Under the pieces are notes generated by a model, which was given only the letters and a program-made list of their open reading frames with translations, was not told the DNA's origin and ran no database searches. From contig CAZBIU010000001.1 of the NCBI GenBank assembly GCA_964491625.1, positions 1 to 59,464 of the forward strand: 59,464 bases of DNA. Reading direction: 5' to 3'. Position 1 is the first letter of the stretch, and each line of letters begins with the position of its first letter. Of the stretch, positions 18,608 to 27,781 are shown piece by piece. The position numbers were made by a program, and so were the translations under genes. The DNA is from an uncultured Myxococcales bacterium (lineage in GTDB: Bacteria; Myxococcota_A; Polyangia; Fen-1088).

Positions 18608-19954
18608 TCACGGAACGTCGCCAACGTTGGCATCCACGCCTGCGCCCGGACAGATCCATCGCCGGTCCTTGCAGACACATTGCGACGAGATCCCCGGGCC
18701 CGCGAAGCAGCCGCACTGGGTGTTGGGAATCGCGCCCAAAGGACACGTCCAGATTCCGCCGGAACACGTCGGGTTTGGGCCACTGTCGCTGCAAGTATTG
18801 TCGGGATAGCCGCTTGCGCTGCCCGTGACACAGTAGAATGGTGGATTGCCGCCTGAAGTACACGTGGCCGGAGCGTCGACGGTGTCGGGTGCGCCGGTAT
18901 CAGGCAGACCGCCGTCGAGGTTGTCGGCGACGGCGCCGCACAGTGAAGCCGGCCCGCCTTCGATCAGCAGTCCGTCAACGTCGAGCCGGCCCGATGTGTC
19001 GGACGGCGCGGTCGTTCCCACCGTGGTGGAAAACACGGTCGCGTGAAGATCCAGCACGCAGTCGGCCCCGCTTGGGCGGAAGGTCAACGTGCCGTGGGCT
19101 CCGAAGACATTCATCGGCAACCCACTCCAGGCGCTCTTTAGGTTGCAAGCAAGACTGACGCTCCAGCCGCTCGGCAGATCCAACGCAAAGCCTTCCTTGG
19201 GCGACGTCGCATTGCGGATCAAAATCAATTCGGCGTAGACATTGGTCCCTTGCTTGGTGATGTAGATTTCTTCGGGATCGGAGGCGCCGTACGTCGCGCG
19301 GTAGGTGGCATCACTGCCAGACTCCGCGGGTGTGTCGGCGCAACAAACATAGTTGATGCCAAGTGAGCATCCGACCAAGGCGCAATTGCTGCTGTTCTTC
19401 AAAGCAAGGTCGGCGGCCTGGGCAGTTGCCACAGTCTCGCCGGCAGAGGCGTAGTAGCAGCGCAGAGCTGTACTGTCCGAGACGTCCCCACAGCATCCAC
19501 ATCCGCACATCAGATAGTCATCCCCGCATGTGCCCCAGGCCTGGCTACCGGCATCCCCGTCGGTGCTGATTGCGGTGCTCGCATCCGATCCGCCGCCGCC
19601 CGCAACACCGCCGGTTGTCACACCACCATCGCCGGTGCCACCGCCTGCGCCACCCGTTGCCCCGCCTGCGGCCACGCGGCCCCCGACGCCGCCATCACTG
19701 CCTCCGCCGGCGCCAGAACCGCCACTGCCACCGCTGGCATGGCTTCCGCCGGCGCCGGTGGCGCTCCCGCCTGCCCCGCCGGACGCGCCGGACCCACCGC
19801 CGCCAGCTCCACCTACAGCGGGACCGGTACCGCCGGTGGGCGAGCCTCCCCGACCGCCCGACGAGCTGGGGCCGATTCCGGCGGGAAATTCGCTGGAGCA
19901 CGCGTACGCGCCTATCAGAACAAAGCCAGCCAGGACACAATCGATGTTCTTCAT
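18608..19954 (-). CDS. Lipoprotein with Gly-rich linker and Cys-rich globular domains (cassette 3)
   Basis: MKNIDCVLAGFVLIGAYACSS (lipobox), ~110 aa of Gly-rich linker, then domains with clustered Cys (MCGCGCCGD; TCSGGIWTCP ... CGCFAGPGISSQCVCKDRRWIC). No family recognised. Confidence 0.7.
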   Translation of the reverse strand: MKNIDCVLAGFVLIGAYACSSEFPAGIGPSSSGGRGGSPTGGTGPAVGGAGGGGSGASGGAGGSATGAGGSHASGGSGGSGAGGGSDGGVGGRVAAGGATGGAGGGTGDGGVTTGGVAGGGGSDASTAISTDGDAGSQAWGTCGDDYLMCGCGCCGDVSDSTALRCYYASAGETVATAQAADLALKNSSNCALVGCSLGINYVCCADTPAESGSDATYRATYGASDPEEIYITKQGTNVYAELILIRNATSPKEGFALDLPSGWSVSLACNLKSAWSGLPMNVFGAHGTLTFRPSGADCVLDLHATVFSTTVGTTAPSDTSGRLDVDGLLIEGGPASLCGAVADNLDGGLPDTGAPDTVDAPATCTSGGNPPFYCVTGSASGYPDNTCSDSGPNPTCSGGIWTCPLGAIPNTQCGCFAGPGISSQCVCKDRRWICPGAGVDANVGDVP

Positions 19955-19998
19955 GTCTGTCGAGTAGCGTGAAGGGTCCGAACCTTACAACCGCGGCA

Positions 19999-20862
19999 TC
20001 AACGAAAGGACAGCGCGAGGCCGCCCGCCAATTGTAGCTCCCCATGCGGCAGCTCGCGCGATGTTTTGATATTGGTGTCAGCATCAAGAACGTACATTCT
20101 CTGTGACTCGGGCCACAGAAACCCGCGGGCTTCGATCCAGGGCGAAACACGCCAGCGATCCCACATGACCCGCCCACCCACGGTTGCTCCGACAGCATAG
20201 CCGCTGGAGGTTTGGTTTACCGCGAAGCCCGAGCCGTGGATCGAGAGTCGGCTCACCGCCACGCCCACATCCAGCCGACCCGGCCCGAACGAGTAGATCG
20301 GCCCCACCTCCGCGGCCGCGCGATTCCAGTACGCCTGCCCGGGCCCGATCGCGCCACCCTGAGCGGCGGCATAAGAGCCAGAGACGCGCAGGCCGAAGCC
20401 GCGCGCGGCTCGTCCCGTCCAACTTGCTTCCAGTCGCCCGCCCGCCGACACACCGTCGGCCGTCACGGATGCGAAGGCGCCCGCGGCCAGGCCTAATCCG
20501 GTTGATCTCGGGACAGGATCCCGCTTCTCCTCCGCGGCGACGACGACCCTCGGCGAGGCCGCTACGTCCTTCGGCCGGACGGGCCACCAGGTCGAGATGA
20601 CGACCGCAACCGCGCGAGCTCGCTCCTCGCAGTCTGCGCCGACGGCCAGCGTACGCATGGCTGCAAAGGTCGGATCAGCCGGCCGCAGATCGACCAGCAG
20701 CCCCTCGGCAGTCGCGTTGATCACGACCGTGCCCGGCTGCGCAGCATCGGGCAGCAGAACCGAAAGCTGGCTCTCAATGTCGCGCGCCGAAGGACAGGCG
20801 AGCTGCGATGCAATCACAGGACGGACGGCCAGCAGCGCCCCGAGCACAATCGGGGCGATCAT
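19999..20862 (-). CDS. Secreted protein B3: N-terminal two-Cys domain plus beta-barrel-like C-terminal half (cassette 3)
   Basis: Internal ATG 20862 overlaps the anti-sigma stop (ATGA). Signal peptide MIAPIVLGALLAVRPVIAS. Contains LACPSARDIESQLSVLL ... RTLAVGADCEERARAVAVVISTWW. Ends GGLALSFR. Confidence 0.6.
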   Translation of the reverse strand: MIAPIVLGALLAVRPVIASQLACPSARDIESQLSVLLPDAAQPGTVVINATAEGLLVDLRPADPTFAAMRTLAVGADCEERARAVAVVISTWWPVRPKDVAASPRVVVAAEEKRDPVPRSTGLGLAAGAFASVTADGVSAGGRLEASWTGRAARGFGLRVSGSYAAAQGGAIGPGQAYWNRAAAEVGPIYSFGPGRLDVGVAVSRLSIHGSGFAVNQTSSGYAVGATVGGRVMWDRWRVSPWIEARGFLWPESQRMYVLDADTNIKTSRELPHGELQLAGGLALSFR

Positions 20863-22061
20863 GGCGTGGCACTTTCCATACGCGCCGCCGCCGCGGCAAA
20901 ACGCCCGCGCGGAAACCGCCGCAGGTATTCCCTGGCGTCGAGACGCGCGCCTTCCCGGTCGCCGCGGCCCGCACGACTTTGCGCCCGTCCCCACAGCGCG
21001 CCTTCCAGCGAAGCGAGATCTCGCACAGGCGCACGAGCCAGCACGCCGCTGAAATCCGCCTCGGCTTCCCGGTACCGGCCCGCGCCAGCCCGCAATTCGC
21101 CGCGCTGCAGTTGCCGTTCGATCCCTCCTGGCATCTGAGCAAGAGCGAGTCCGTCGAGGATGCGCAGCGCTTCCGGGTTTCGTTTCAGGGCCGACAGCGC
21201 GTCCACGCGCAGCACCTGAGCCTCGACCAGCATGCGACCACGGGGATATCGGGCTTGATATTCGTCCAAAGCAGAGAGGGCCAAGCGGGGGTCGTTCTCG
21301 GCTCGCAACGCCCGCACCGCCGCTGCCAAGAGTCGCTCCTCGCTGATGGGCTCACGCCCGACGGATGGCGCGAAATCGGCAGAGCGCGCGGCCGTGGGGA
21401 CCGCGGCGGGCGCATGGGCAGCAAGCGGCGCTGCCGGCGCTGTCGCGACCCGCGCGGGCGAGGGCGGCTCGGGCGCGACAGCGGGTGGAGAAACCGGGGC
21501 TTCAACCCGCTCGGCAGATTGGGCCGCTACCGGGACGACGGCCGCGGGGAAGGATCGCAGCGCCACTTTTCGCGCGCCCGTGGGCGAACGCGCAGGCAAG
21601 GTCGAGTCCACCGCGGAGCTCTCGTCGGTGGTTGCTCGGGCTTCCATTTTTGGCGCCCCCGACTGCACCTTCGCCGGTTCGGGTTCGGCCTCAGCCTCCG
21701 ATGCGGTCGGCGCGGGCGGCTTGCTTACCGAACGCCTTGAACGGGTGGCCCGCGCGCCAGTCACAGTGTCGGTTTCGGTCGGCGTCGAAGCCGAGGGTCC
21801 GCGCTTGAGAACCAGCCGGTCGAGCACGACGCCGAATGCAGCGCCACACACCAGGCAGAACGACGCAATGACCGCCGGAGCCAGCCAGCGTGCTCGGCGA
21901 ACCAGACCGGTTCGCGTGCTGACCAGCAAGCGTCGCTTGATGCGCGCGTGGACCGCCGCGGACAAGGGCGGAAGCGCCCGGCCACCCTCCAGCAGCGCAT
22001 CCGCGATCGCCAGCGACGGCTCATCGCGCCCGGCGACTGGCGGGGGCCCGGCGGCCTTCAT
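20859..22061 (-). CDS. Putative anti-sigma factor: single-pass membrane protein with long Ala/Pro-rich spacer and C-terminal TPR-like domain (cassette 3)
   Basis: ATGA overlap with sigma gene 22058..22636. TM segment WLAPAVIASFCLVCGAAFGVVL. C-terminal ALSALDEYQARYPRGRMLVEAQVLRVDALSAL. Confidence 0.55.
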   Translation of the reverse strand: MKAAGPPPVAGRDEPSLAIADALLEGGRALPPLSAAVHARIKRRLLVSTRTGLVRRARWLAPAVIASFCLVCGAAFGVVLDRLVLKRGPSASTPTETDTVTGARATRSRRSVSKPPAPTASEAEAEPEPAKVQSGAPKMEARATTDESSAVDSTLPARSPTGARKVALRSFPAAVVPVAAQSAERVEAPVSPPAVAPEPPSPARVATAPAAPLAAHAPAAVPTAARSADFAPSVGREPISEERLLAAAVRALRAENDPRLALSALDEYQARYPRGRMLVEAQVLRVDALSALKRNPEALRILDGLALAQMPGGIERQLQRGELRAGAGRYREAEADFSGVLARAPVRDLASLEGALWGRAQSRAGRGDREGARLDAREYLRRFPRGRFAAAAARMESATP

Positions 22062-22636
22062 GGTTCTTCCTCCAGGGCGGCGAGCACCTCGGCCAACTTG
22101 GTGCGCGCTCGGTGAAGCCGAACCCAGACGTTGCCCACCTCGTCGCCGGTCAGCTCGGCGATGGCCTCGCCCGACATTCCGTCCAATGCAAACAAAACCA
22201 GAACCGTCCGGTATTTCTCAGGCAGACGATCCAAGGCGGCGTACAGGTGAAGGCTCTGCTCGCGACGCAACACCTCCTCGACCGGGGTGGGCACGCTCGC
22301 AAGCGCGTCCGCATAGGCCTGCCCATGCTTGCCCCACAGCCACCTGCGAATCGTATCGTTGCGTCGCCGCCAGCGCACCACCTGCTGGGTAATTCTGAAA
22401 AGCCAGGTCGTGACTCGGGCTTCGCCGCGAAACTCGTGCCGTCGGCGCATGACCACCAGGAAGATGTCGTGCAGCAGATCCTCGGGATCGATCCGTGGCC
22501 CGGCCAACCGACGCGCCCAGCGTTCAACCTGCGGGGCATAGCGGTCGTAGATAACCTCCACGGAATCCGGAATTTCCGATCCGCTCGCAAGCGGGCGATT
22601 CTTTGGGTCCGACATGGTGGAATTGACGTCGCGCAC
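22058..22636 (-). CDS. ECF-type RNA polymerase sigma factor (cassette 3)
   Basis: EDLLHDIFLVVMRRRHEFRGEARVTTWLFRITQQVV and RTVLVLFALDGMSGEAIAELTGDEVGNVWVRLHRARTKL. The start could instead be the internal ATG (MSDPK) 21 nt downstream. Confidence 0.85.
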   Translation of the reverse strand: MRDVNSTMSDPKNRPLASGSEIPDSVEVIYDRYAPQVERWARRLAGPRIDPEDLLHDIFLVVMRRRHEFRGEARVTTWLFRITQQVVRWRRRNDTIRRWLWGKHGQAYADALASVPTPVEEVLRREQSLHLYAALDRLPEKYRTVLVLFALDGMSGEAIAELTGDEVGNVWVRLHRARTKLAEVLAALEEEP

Positions 22637-22857
22637 GGCCGCAACCTTGCTTGCTTGGTTGCCCGAGTCGAGACGACCTTACAGCAAGAATAGCGTTGAC
22701 TTGCGATTCCGTACACCGCGGTGCGCGCCCGCTCCCCTCGGCGCTGCCGGCAGCCCCTCCGTCGGTGTCAGCTTCGTGGCGCGTGCAATCGTTGCTTGAC
22801 GAGGCGGTCCCCGTCGTTCATCGTCACGCGCCCACATTCAACGATGAGGTTCGAGAA

Positions 22858-23406
22858 GTGAAACGCGAAGACTGCATCTGTTTCAGCGGCGCTGCCACCG
22901 GCGCGGAGGCGGCGTTCGGCGCCGCCGCCGAGCGCTACGGTATCGACGAGGTCAATTTTACCTTCGAGGGACACGGCATCGCAAGCCAGCGCGGACGGCG
23001 CGACTTGACCCGCGCAGAGCTGCGCCACGGTGACGTGGGCTTGGCCTACATCAGCAAGCTGATGCACCGGCAGTACCCCGACACGCCGCTCTTCCGCAAG
23101 GTTCTGCAGACCATCTGGCACCAGGTACAGAACGGGCAAGAAGTCTTCGTGATCGGAAAGATCAATCCCGATGACACTGTGACCGGCGGCACCGGTGTCG
23201 CCGCCGAGTACGCGCGCCTGTTCAACAAGCCGGTCTACGTGTTCGACCAACCGCGCTCGACCTGGTTCCGCTGGAACGGCGATCGGTGGGAGCCGGCGGG
23301 CGAGCCGTGCATCCGCCAGCCACTTTTTTGCGGCACCGGAACCCGCTTCATCGAGCCCAACGGGCTTGCCGCCATCGAAGCGCTCTTCGCGCGCAGCTTC
23401 GGCTAA
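22858..23406 (+). CDS. Hypothetical Rossmann-like protein, SLOG-superfamily-like (YpsA/DprA/LOG-type glycine motifs)
   Basis: Proposed GTG start at 22858 (GAGG 8 nt upstream); the track ORF starts at a TTG at 22651. ICFSGAATGAEAAFGAAAERYGI resembles the SGGQTGxDxAA motif, and TGGTGVAAEYARLFNKPVYVF resembles the GGxGTxxE motif. The assignment is tentative. Confidence 0.35.
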   Translation: MKREDCICFSGAATGAEAAFGAAAERYGIDEVNFTFEGHGIASQRGRRDLTRAELRHGDVGLAYISKLMHRQYPDTPLFRKVLQTIWHQVQNGQEVFVIGKINPDDTVTGGTGVAAEYARLFNKPVYVFDQPRSTWFRWNGDRWEPAGEPCIRQPLFCGTGTRFIEPNGLAAIEALFARSFG

Positions 23407-23490
23407 CCACCCGAAGGCGCGTGTGAGCCAAACCCTCGCGTGCGACTTGGCGCCGTTGGTTTCCTTGGGGACGGTGCTGTATGATGCGGC

Positions 23491-25311
23491 ATGCTGACCG
23501 CAGCCCTGAAGCGACTGTTCCCCAAGGCCTGCGTCTTTGCCCTTGTCGCGGCCTGCGGCCGCACGCCCCTCTTGCCGCCTTATTGCGACGCCAAGATCGA
23601 TCCCGTGTCGATCGATTTCGGCCAGGTTGCTCCGGGGGACAGCGCGACCCGGGAGGTCCGCGTGACCAATCATGGTGGCGGCGAGTGCCACCTGTCTGAC
23701 ATCGGCCTCAGCCCAACCAGTGATGCTTCTTTTGTCGACACCTCGCCGACGTCTGCCATCATCCCGTCGGGCGGCACCGCGCCGATTTCGATCAAGTTTC
23801 AGCCCGCAAGCGTCGCGATTCCCCTGGACCGCAAAGGCGAGCTGACCTTCGATGTGGATTCGGTACGAACGCGACACTCGGTCGTCGCGTTGACTGGCAC
23901 GGTTCTGTCGAGCTGCAAGCTCGACGTGTCGCCGCTGGCGGTCGCTTTCGGCCACGTTGCCCTCGGCGCGGCGTCCGTGCGTTCCGTTCGCGCGGCCAAT
24001 GTCGGATCCGGGCCATGTGAGATTGCCAACCTCGCCATCAGCCCTGGGAGCGATTCCCAGTTCGGCCTGGAATCGACGCCTGATCCAATGATACTTGCCC
24101 CGGGCGACGAGGAATTCATATCCGTCTCTTTCACCGCCAAGGAGATATCGCCGCCCCATCACCGAACCGGTAGCCTCGTGTTTGCCAGCACCGACGTGTC
24201 CCGGTTGACGGTGACTGTTTCACTGTCTGCCGACATCGATATCGGTTGCGAATTGACCTGGGTTCCCGCCAGCCTGGACTTCGGCAACGTCATGCTCAAC
24301 ACCACGGCGGACGGTCACGTGTCACTTGGTAACGACGGCAGCGACCCATGCCTTGTCTCGGGCATCGACATCGCAGCGGGCAGCGATCCAAATTTCAAGC
24401 TCGGCTCGACACAATTGATGAGCGTCGTGGTTGCTCCCGGCGCAACCGCCACCGTTGGCGTGACGTTCGCGGCGGCCGACAGCTCGCCGCCGCATCTGAA
24501 GACCGGCACGCTGGTGTTTCAGACCGGCAATTCACGCCAGCCCTCCGCGCAAGTTCCGTTGTCCGCGTACGTGAATACGGTATGCGTGGAAGCCAGTCGA
24601 TGGATCTACACCTTCGACGACTCCGGCGGATTGGCGCGTTTCGATCCGGATACCCTGACCTTCACCGACATCGCAACCCCGGACTGCCCAACCCTGGCGG
24701 ACCCGAACTCGATGGCCGTGGACCAGAACGCCACGGCGTGGGTCGCTTACATGGACGGAAGCATGTACCGGGTCGACACGACCACGGGCGTTTGCCAGAC
24801 GACCAGTTTCGTGCCGAACCAACATGGCCTCAACGTGTTCGGAATGAGCTTCGTTTTCGATCCGTCGACCGGCAAGGACACGCTGTACATCGCGGGCGGC
24901 GCTGAAGTCATAGCGGCGCCATCGACGCTTGCAACCATTTCCTTCCCGGAGTTGCTGGTGACGCCGGTTGGAACCGTCGGCGCTGGTTTCCCGGAGCTGA
25001 CGGGCACCGGTGACGGCCAGTTATGGGGCTTCATTCCGCAGGACTCGAGCACCAGCTACCAGGCGACTCTCCTACGACTCGATCCAATGTCGGCCGCGAC
25101 CTTGCAATCCTATTCGTATTCGTCGCTCAACGCGTTCACCGAGGGTGGCTGGGCGGTGAAGTTCTGGGGGGGTTACTTCTGGATCTTCCTCGACACAGCC
25201 GTTTACAAGGTGTCGCGCGACACGCCCGCGAACATCACCACAGCGATCGCAGACACGCGCCGCAGGCCCATCGTCGGCGCCGGCGTCTCCACCTGCGCGC
25301 CGGTGCAATAG
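23491..25311 (+). CDS. Lipoprotein with three tandem Ig-like (choice-of-anchor-D / ASH-like) domains and a C-terminal ~230-aa domain
   Basis: MLTAALKRLFPKACVFALVAACG (lipobox). Three repeats follow the pattern (I/L)DFG.V..G......V.N.G...C.(I/L)..(I/L).....(D/S).F, for example IDFGQVAPGDSATREVRVTNHGGGECHLSDIGLS. Confidence 0.6.
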   Translation: MLTAALKRLFPKACVFALVAACGRTPLLPPYCDAKIDPVSIDFGQVAPGDSATREVRVTNHGGGECHLSDIGLSPTSDASFVDTSPTSAIIPSGGTAPISIKFQPASVAIPLDRKGELTFDVDSVRTRHSVVALTGTVLSSCKLDVSPLAVAFGHVALGAASVRSVRAANVGSGPCEIANLAISPGSDSQFGLESTPDPMILAPGDEEFISVSFTAKEISPPHHRTGSLVFASTDVSRLTVTVSLSADIDIGCELTWVPASLDFGNVMLNTTADGHVSLGNDGSDPCLVSGIDIAAGSDPNFKLGSTQLMSVVVAPGATATVGVTFAAADSSPPHLKTGTLVFQTGNSRQPSAQVPLSAYVNTVCVEASRWIYTFDDSGGLARFDPDTLTFTDIATPDCPTLADPNSMAVDQNATAWVAYMDGSMYRVDTTTGVCQTTSFVPNQHGLNVFGMSFVFDPSTGKDTLYIAGGAEVIAAPSTLATISFPELLVTPVGTVGAGFPELTGTGDGQLWGFIPQDSSTSYQATLLRLDPMSAATLQSYSYSSLNAFTEGGWAVKFWGGYFWIFLDTAVYKVSRDTPANITTAIADTRRRPIVGAGVSTCAPVQ

Positions 25312-25359
25312 CCCGGCCTTCCCGGTCATGGCTCCGGATGCGCGCGCAGGTCTGTCCAG

Positions 25360-25962
25360 TCAAGTCCCCCCGCTTGAGCCGACGCGACCGCGGAACCAAC
25401 CGGCGATGCTGTGCCTGGGCTTCTTCGCGGCCAGCACCTCGTGGGGAAATTCCTCGCTTAGGAATAGGACCAACAGGCCAGGCTTGGGCAGAATTCTGGC
25501 GATGGCGCCCGGGTTGCCGGCCCGGTAAAGCAGCAGCTCGCCGCCGTCTGCCGGAGCCCATTCGTCATTGAGGTAGACGACGGTCGACAACAGGCGGTTT
25601 TTCTGGCCGCTCAGGGTGTCCAGATGCCTGTCGTAATGGGCGCCGACACCATAGATCGAATAGTGACATTCGTAGTCAAGCAGACCCAGAAAGAGCCGCT
25701 GGTTGAGGCCGATGCGCAGCTCTTCCATCAGCGTGAGAAACGAGCGGTCGGCGGCCTTGCTGCCATCGAGCCAGCGAATGACGTCGCCTCGGATGTCGGC
25801 GTCGTGGGTTCGCTGCCCGCCCCTTCCCACGCCGGCGGGCCCGAAGGCCGCGCTTTCCCGAAAACCATCGTTGAAACGGGCGCGCATCGCGGGCGAAAGC
25901 GAATTCTCCACCGCCACGAAACCACTGGATCGAAGCTCACCGGCGATCGCATCGACGTCCAT
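25360..25962 (-). CDS. 2-oxoglutarate/Fe(II)-dependent oxygenase (prolyl-4-hydroxylase-like)
   Basis: Internal ATG 25962. HYDRHLD (HxD), LLSTVVYLNDEW, DGGELLLY, FPHEVLAAKKPRHSIAGWF (distal His and Arg). Confidence 0.75.
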   Translation of the reverse strand: MDVDAIAGELRSSGFVAVENSLSPAMRARFNDGFRESAAFGPAGVGRGGQRTHDADIRGDVIRWLDGSKAADRSFLTLMEELRIGLNQRLFLGLLDYECHYSIYGVGAHYDRHLDTLSGQKNRLLSTVVYLNDEWAPADGGELLLYRAGNPGAIARILPKPGLLVLFLSEEFPHEVLAAKKPRHSIAGWFRGRVGSSGGT

Positions 25963-26048
25963 GATCCCGCGACTATCCCACGCCCGCGCCCTAGGCGCTG
26001 TTCGACTTCGAGGGGAAGGCTCTCGAACCAACGGACCGCGTGATTTGC

Positions 26049-26714
26049 CTAGCGGTAGAATCCGAACCCCACCACGCTCAGCCCGAGCGCCACCAGCACT
26101 TGAGGACGGTACTGCGGGGCGGTATTCGGGAAGGCGTCATTGGTGTTGAAGCCAAGGCAATGGACCCGAGTCTCGGGTGCGACGCCGAAAGAGCGCAGGA
26201 TGGGGACGTCACGCCCGAAGCCCAGGCTCCCGGCGGGCGCCCACGTGGTGTAGGTGGTTGCCGATCTCACCATTCCGCTGTCGGTCACGTAGGAGGGCCA
26301 GTCTTCTTCTACGGCAACCAGACCAGCGCTACCATCGAGCCAATATTGGGATGCCGCCGTCGCACCGAAATAGTAGCGTCCGGTGAATTGGATATCCCAC
26401 AACTTGGTGGGTACGTTTCATCCTCCGCCTAGCCACGCCAGGCCCCCGGAAAGGCCGAGAGCCCAATCGTGGAAGAGGCGCCAGCGCGGCGAGAGGCGAA
26501 CCCCGGCGATGGTCGAATCAGGGCCACAGGAGATCGCGTCGCCGGTCGTTGGAGCACACAGGGAGCCCAAGACCGTCCCAAACAACGCCGTGCCGCCAAC
26601 CGTGAGTCGTGGGGCGTCCTTGGAAGCAGCGACGTCTACTGTCGTCTGTGCGAAGGCATGGGCCTGCCAGCAGCCAATTGCGAGCACCAAGCCAGCGAGA
26701 AAGCACGCGCGCAT
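26049..26714 (-). pseudogene. OMP-like beta-barrel gene interrupted by one in-frame TGA (26418-26420)
   Basis: ORFs 26418..26714 (signal peptide MRACFLAGLVLAIGCWQAHAFA) and 26049..26402 are in the same frame. The read-through sequence is ...GLAWLGGG*NVPTKLWDIQFTGRYYF... and the protein ends GFGFYR. Confidence 0.45.
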
Positions 26715-26997
26715 GCCGCTACTTTACCGCTCGGTCGACGCCACAACCAGCGATTGGGGCGCGGCCGTCCTCCGACCTGTGCGCCACTTCACACGGAATC
26801 ACGCACGCTGATGTTCGCCGGCGCCGTCAGCGGATCTCCATGTTGGCCGAGGGTCACTCGCCGGCATCGTCCGGTCGAGCCCGCCCGGGTGCGCCCACCG
26901 CACCGGCTTACATCCAAACCTGCGGCCCACCGCCAGCTGCAAGGCGACGTCGTCGATCGACAGGCGGCTCTGGGTGATCGAGGGACGCTGGGCGCGG

Positions 26998-27765
26998 CTA
27001 GCACAACATCATCCGGCTAGCGTACACTATGGTCACCAAGCCAAGGTTGTAGGTGGCGTGCAACACGATGGACGGCAGGAGTGACTTCGTTGCGATTCTC
27101 GCCAGAAGTGTGGCAACTGAGAACAGCACCAGAATTACCACGGCCGGCAGGTAGTGCGCGGCTTCGGACAAGTGCAGTGAGACGAAGATCACGGTAACGA
27201 CCGTCGATGCTGCCCAGACTCCCCATGATCGACAGAATCCCGTGAACACCAGCCCTCGAAAAACGAGTTCCTCTGCCGCTGGGGAAATCAGGACTGCGCC
27301 GATCGCCCAGATGTGGAGGGTGAGGCCGCCAGACTTCAGCAGCTCTGAAACCACGCCGAGCTTGTGCCCCGGGGGTGGGGGAAAGGTAGCCAGGGCACCC
27401 ATATACAGCAGAACCAACAGAATGCCCACGCAAGCAGACAGCCACAAGTCACGCGCCTTCGCAGCCATCCAACCAATCGGACGCAGCACCCCCGACTTGA
27501 TCGGCCCTGGCATGCTCTGTCTGGCATCGCGAAATACGATTAACCCACCGAGAATCACTCCCACGAACGCCGCCAGGATCAAGGACGCACCGGACGGCGC
27601 GTGATGGGATGACTGCCCGACACGGTCGCCGAAGAACTTTGCCAGGCCCACGACCGAGCCGGCGACAACTTGGGGAATGAAGAAGGCGATGAGGGAATAG
27701 AACGCCCTTTTCGCACCGAGAATAGGTGCGCGCGAAGGCGCCGGTGAAGTAGGTTCATCGAGCAT
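26998..27765 (-). CDS. CPBP-family (CAAX-type) intramembrane glutamic protease
   Basis: Polytopic membrane protein with the signature SPAAEELVFRGLVF plus downstream HLSEAAH and VLHATYN motifs. Confidence 0.85.
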   Translation of the reverse strand: MLDEPTSPAPSRAPILGAKRAFYSLIAFFIPQVVAGSVVGLAKFFGDRVGQSSHHAPSGASLILAAFVGVILGGLIVFRDARQSMPGPIKSGVLRPIGWMAAKARDLWLSACVGILLVLLYMGALATFPPPPGHKLGVVSELLKSGGLTLHIWAIGAVLISPAAEELVFRGLVFTGFCRSWGVWAASTVVTVIFVSLHLSEAAHYLPAVVILVLFSVATLLARIATKSLLPSIVLHATYNLGLVTIVYASRMMLC

Positions 27766-27781
27766 CTGGTCAGTCCGCCAT

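Noticed and set aside
26418-26420. The in-frame TGA considered as a selenocysteine codon.
   Set aside because: I could see no obvious SECIS-like hairpin immediately downstream, the context is an OMP-like protein with no redox motif, and there are no sel genes in the window. A nonsense mutation or sequencing error is more parsimonious.
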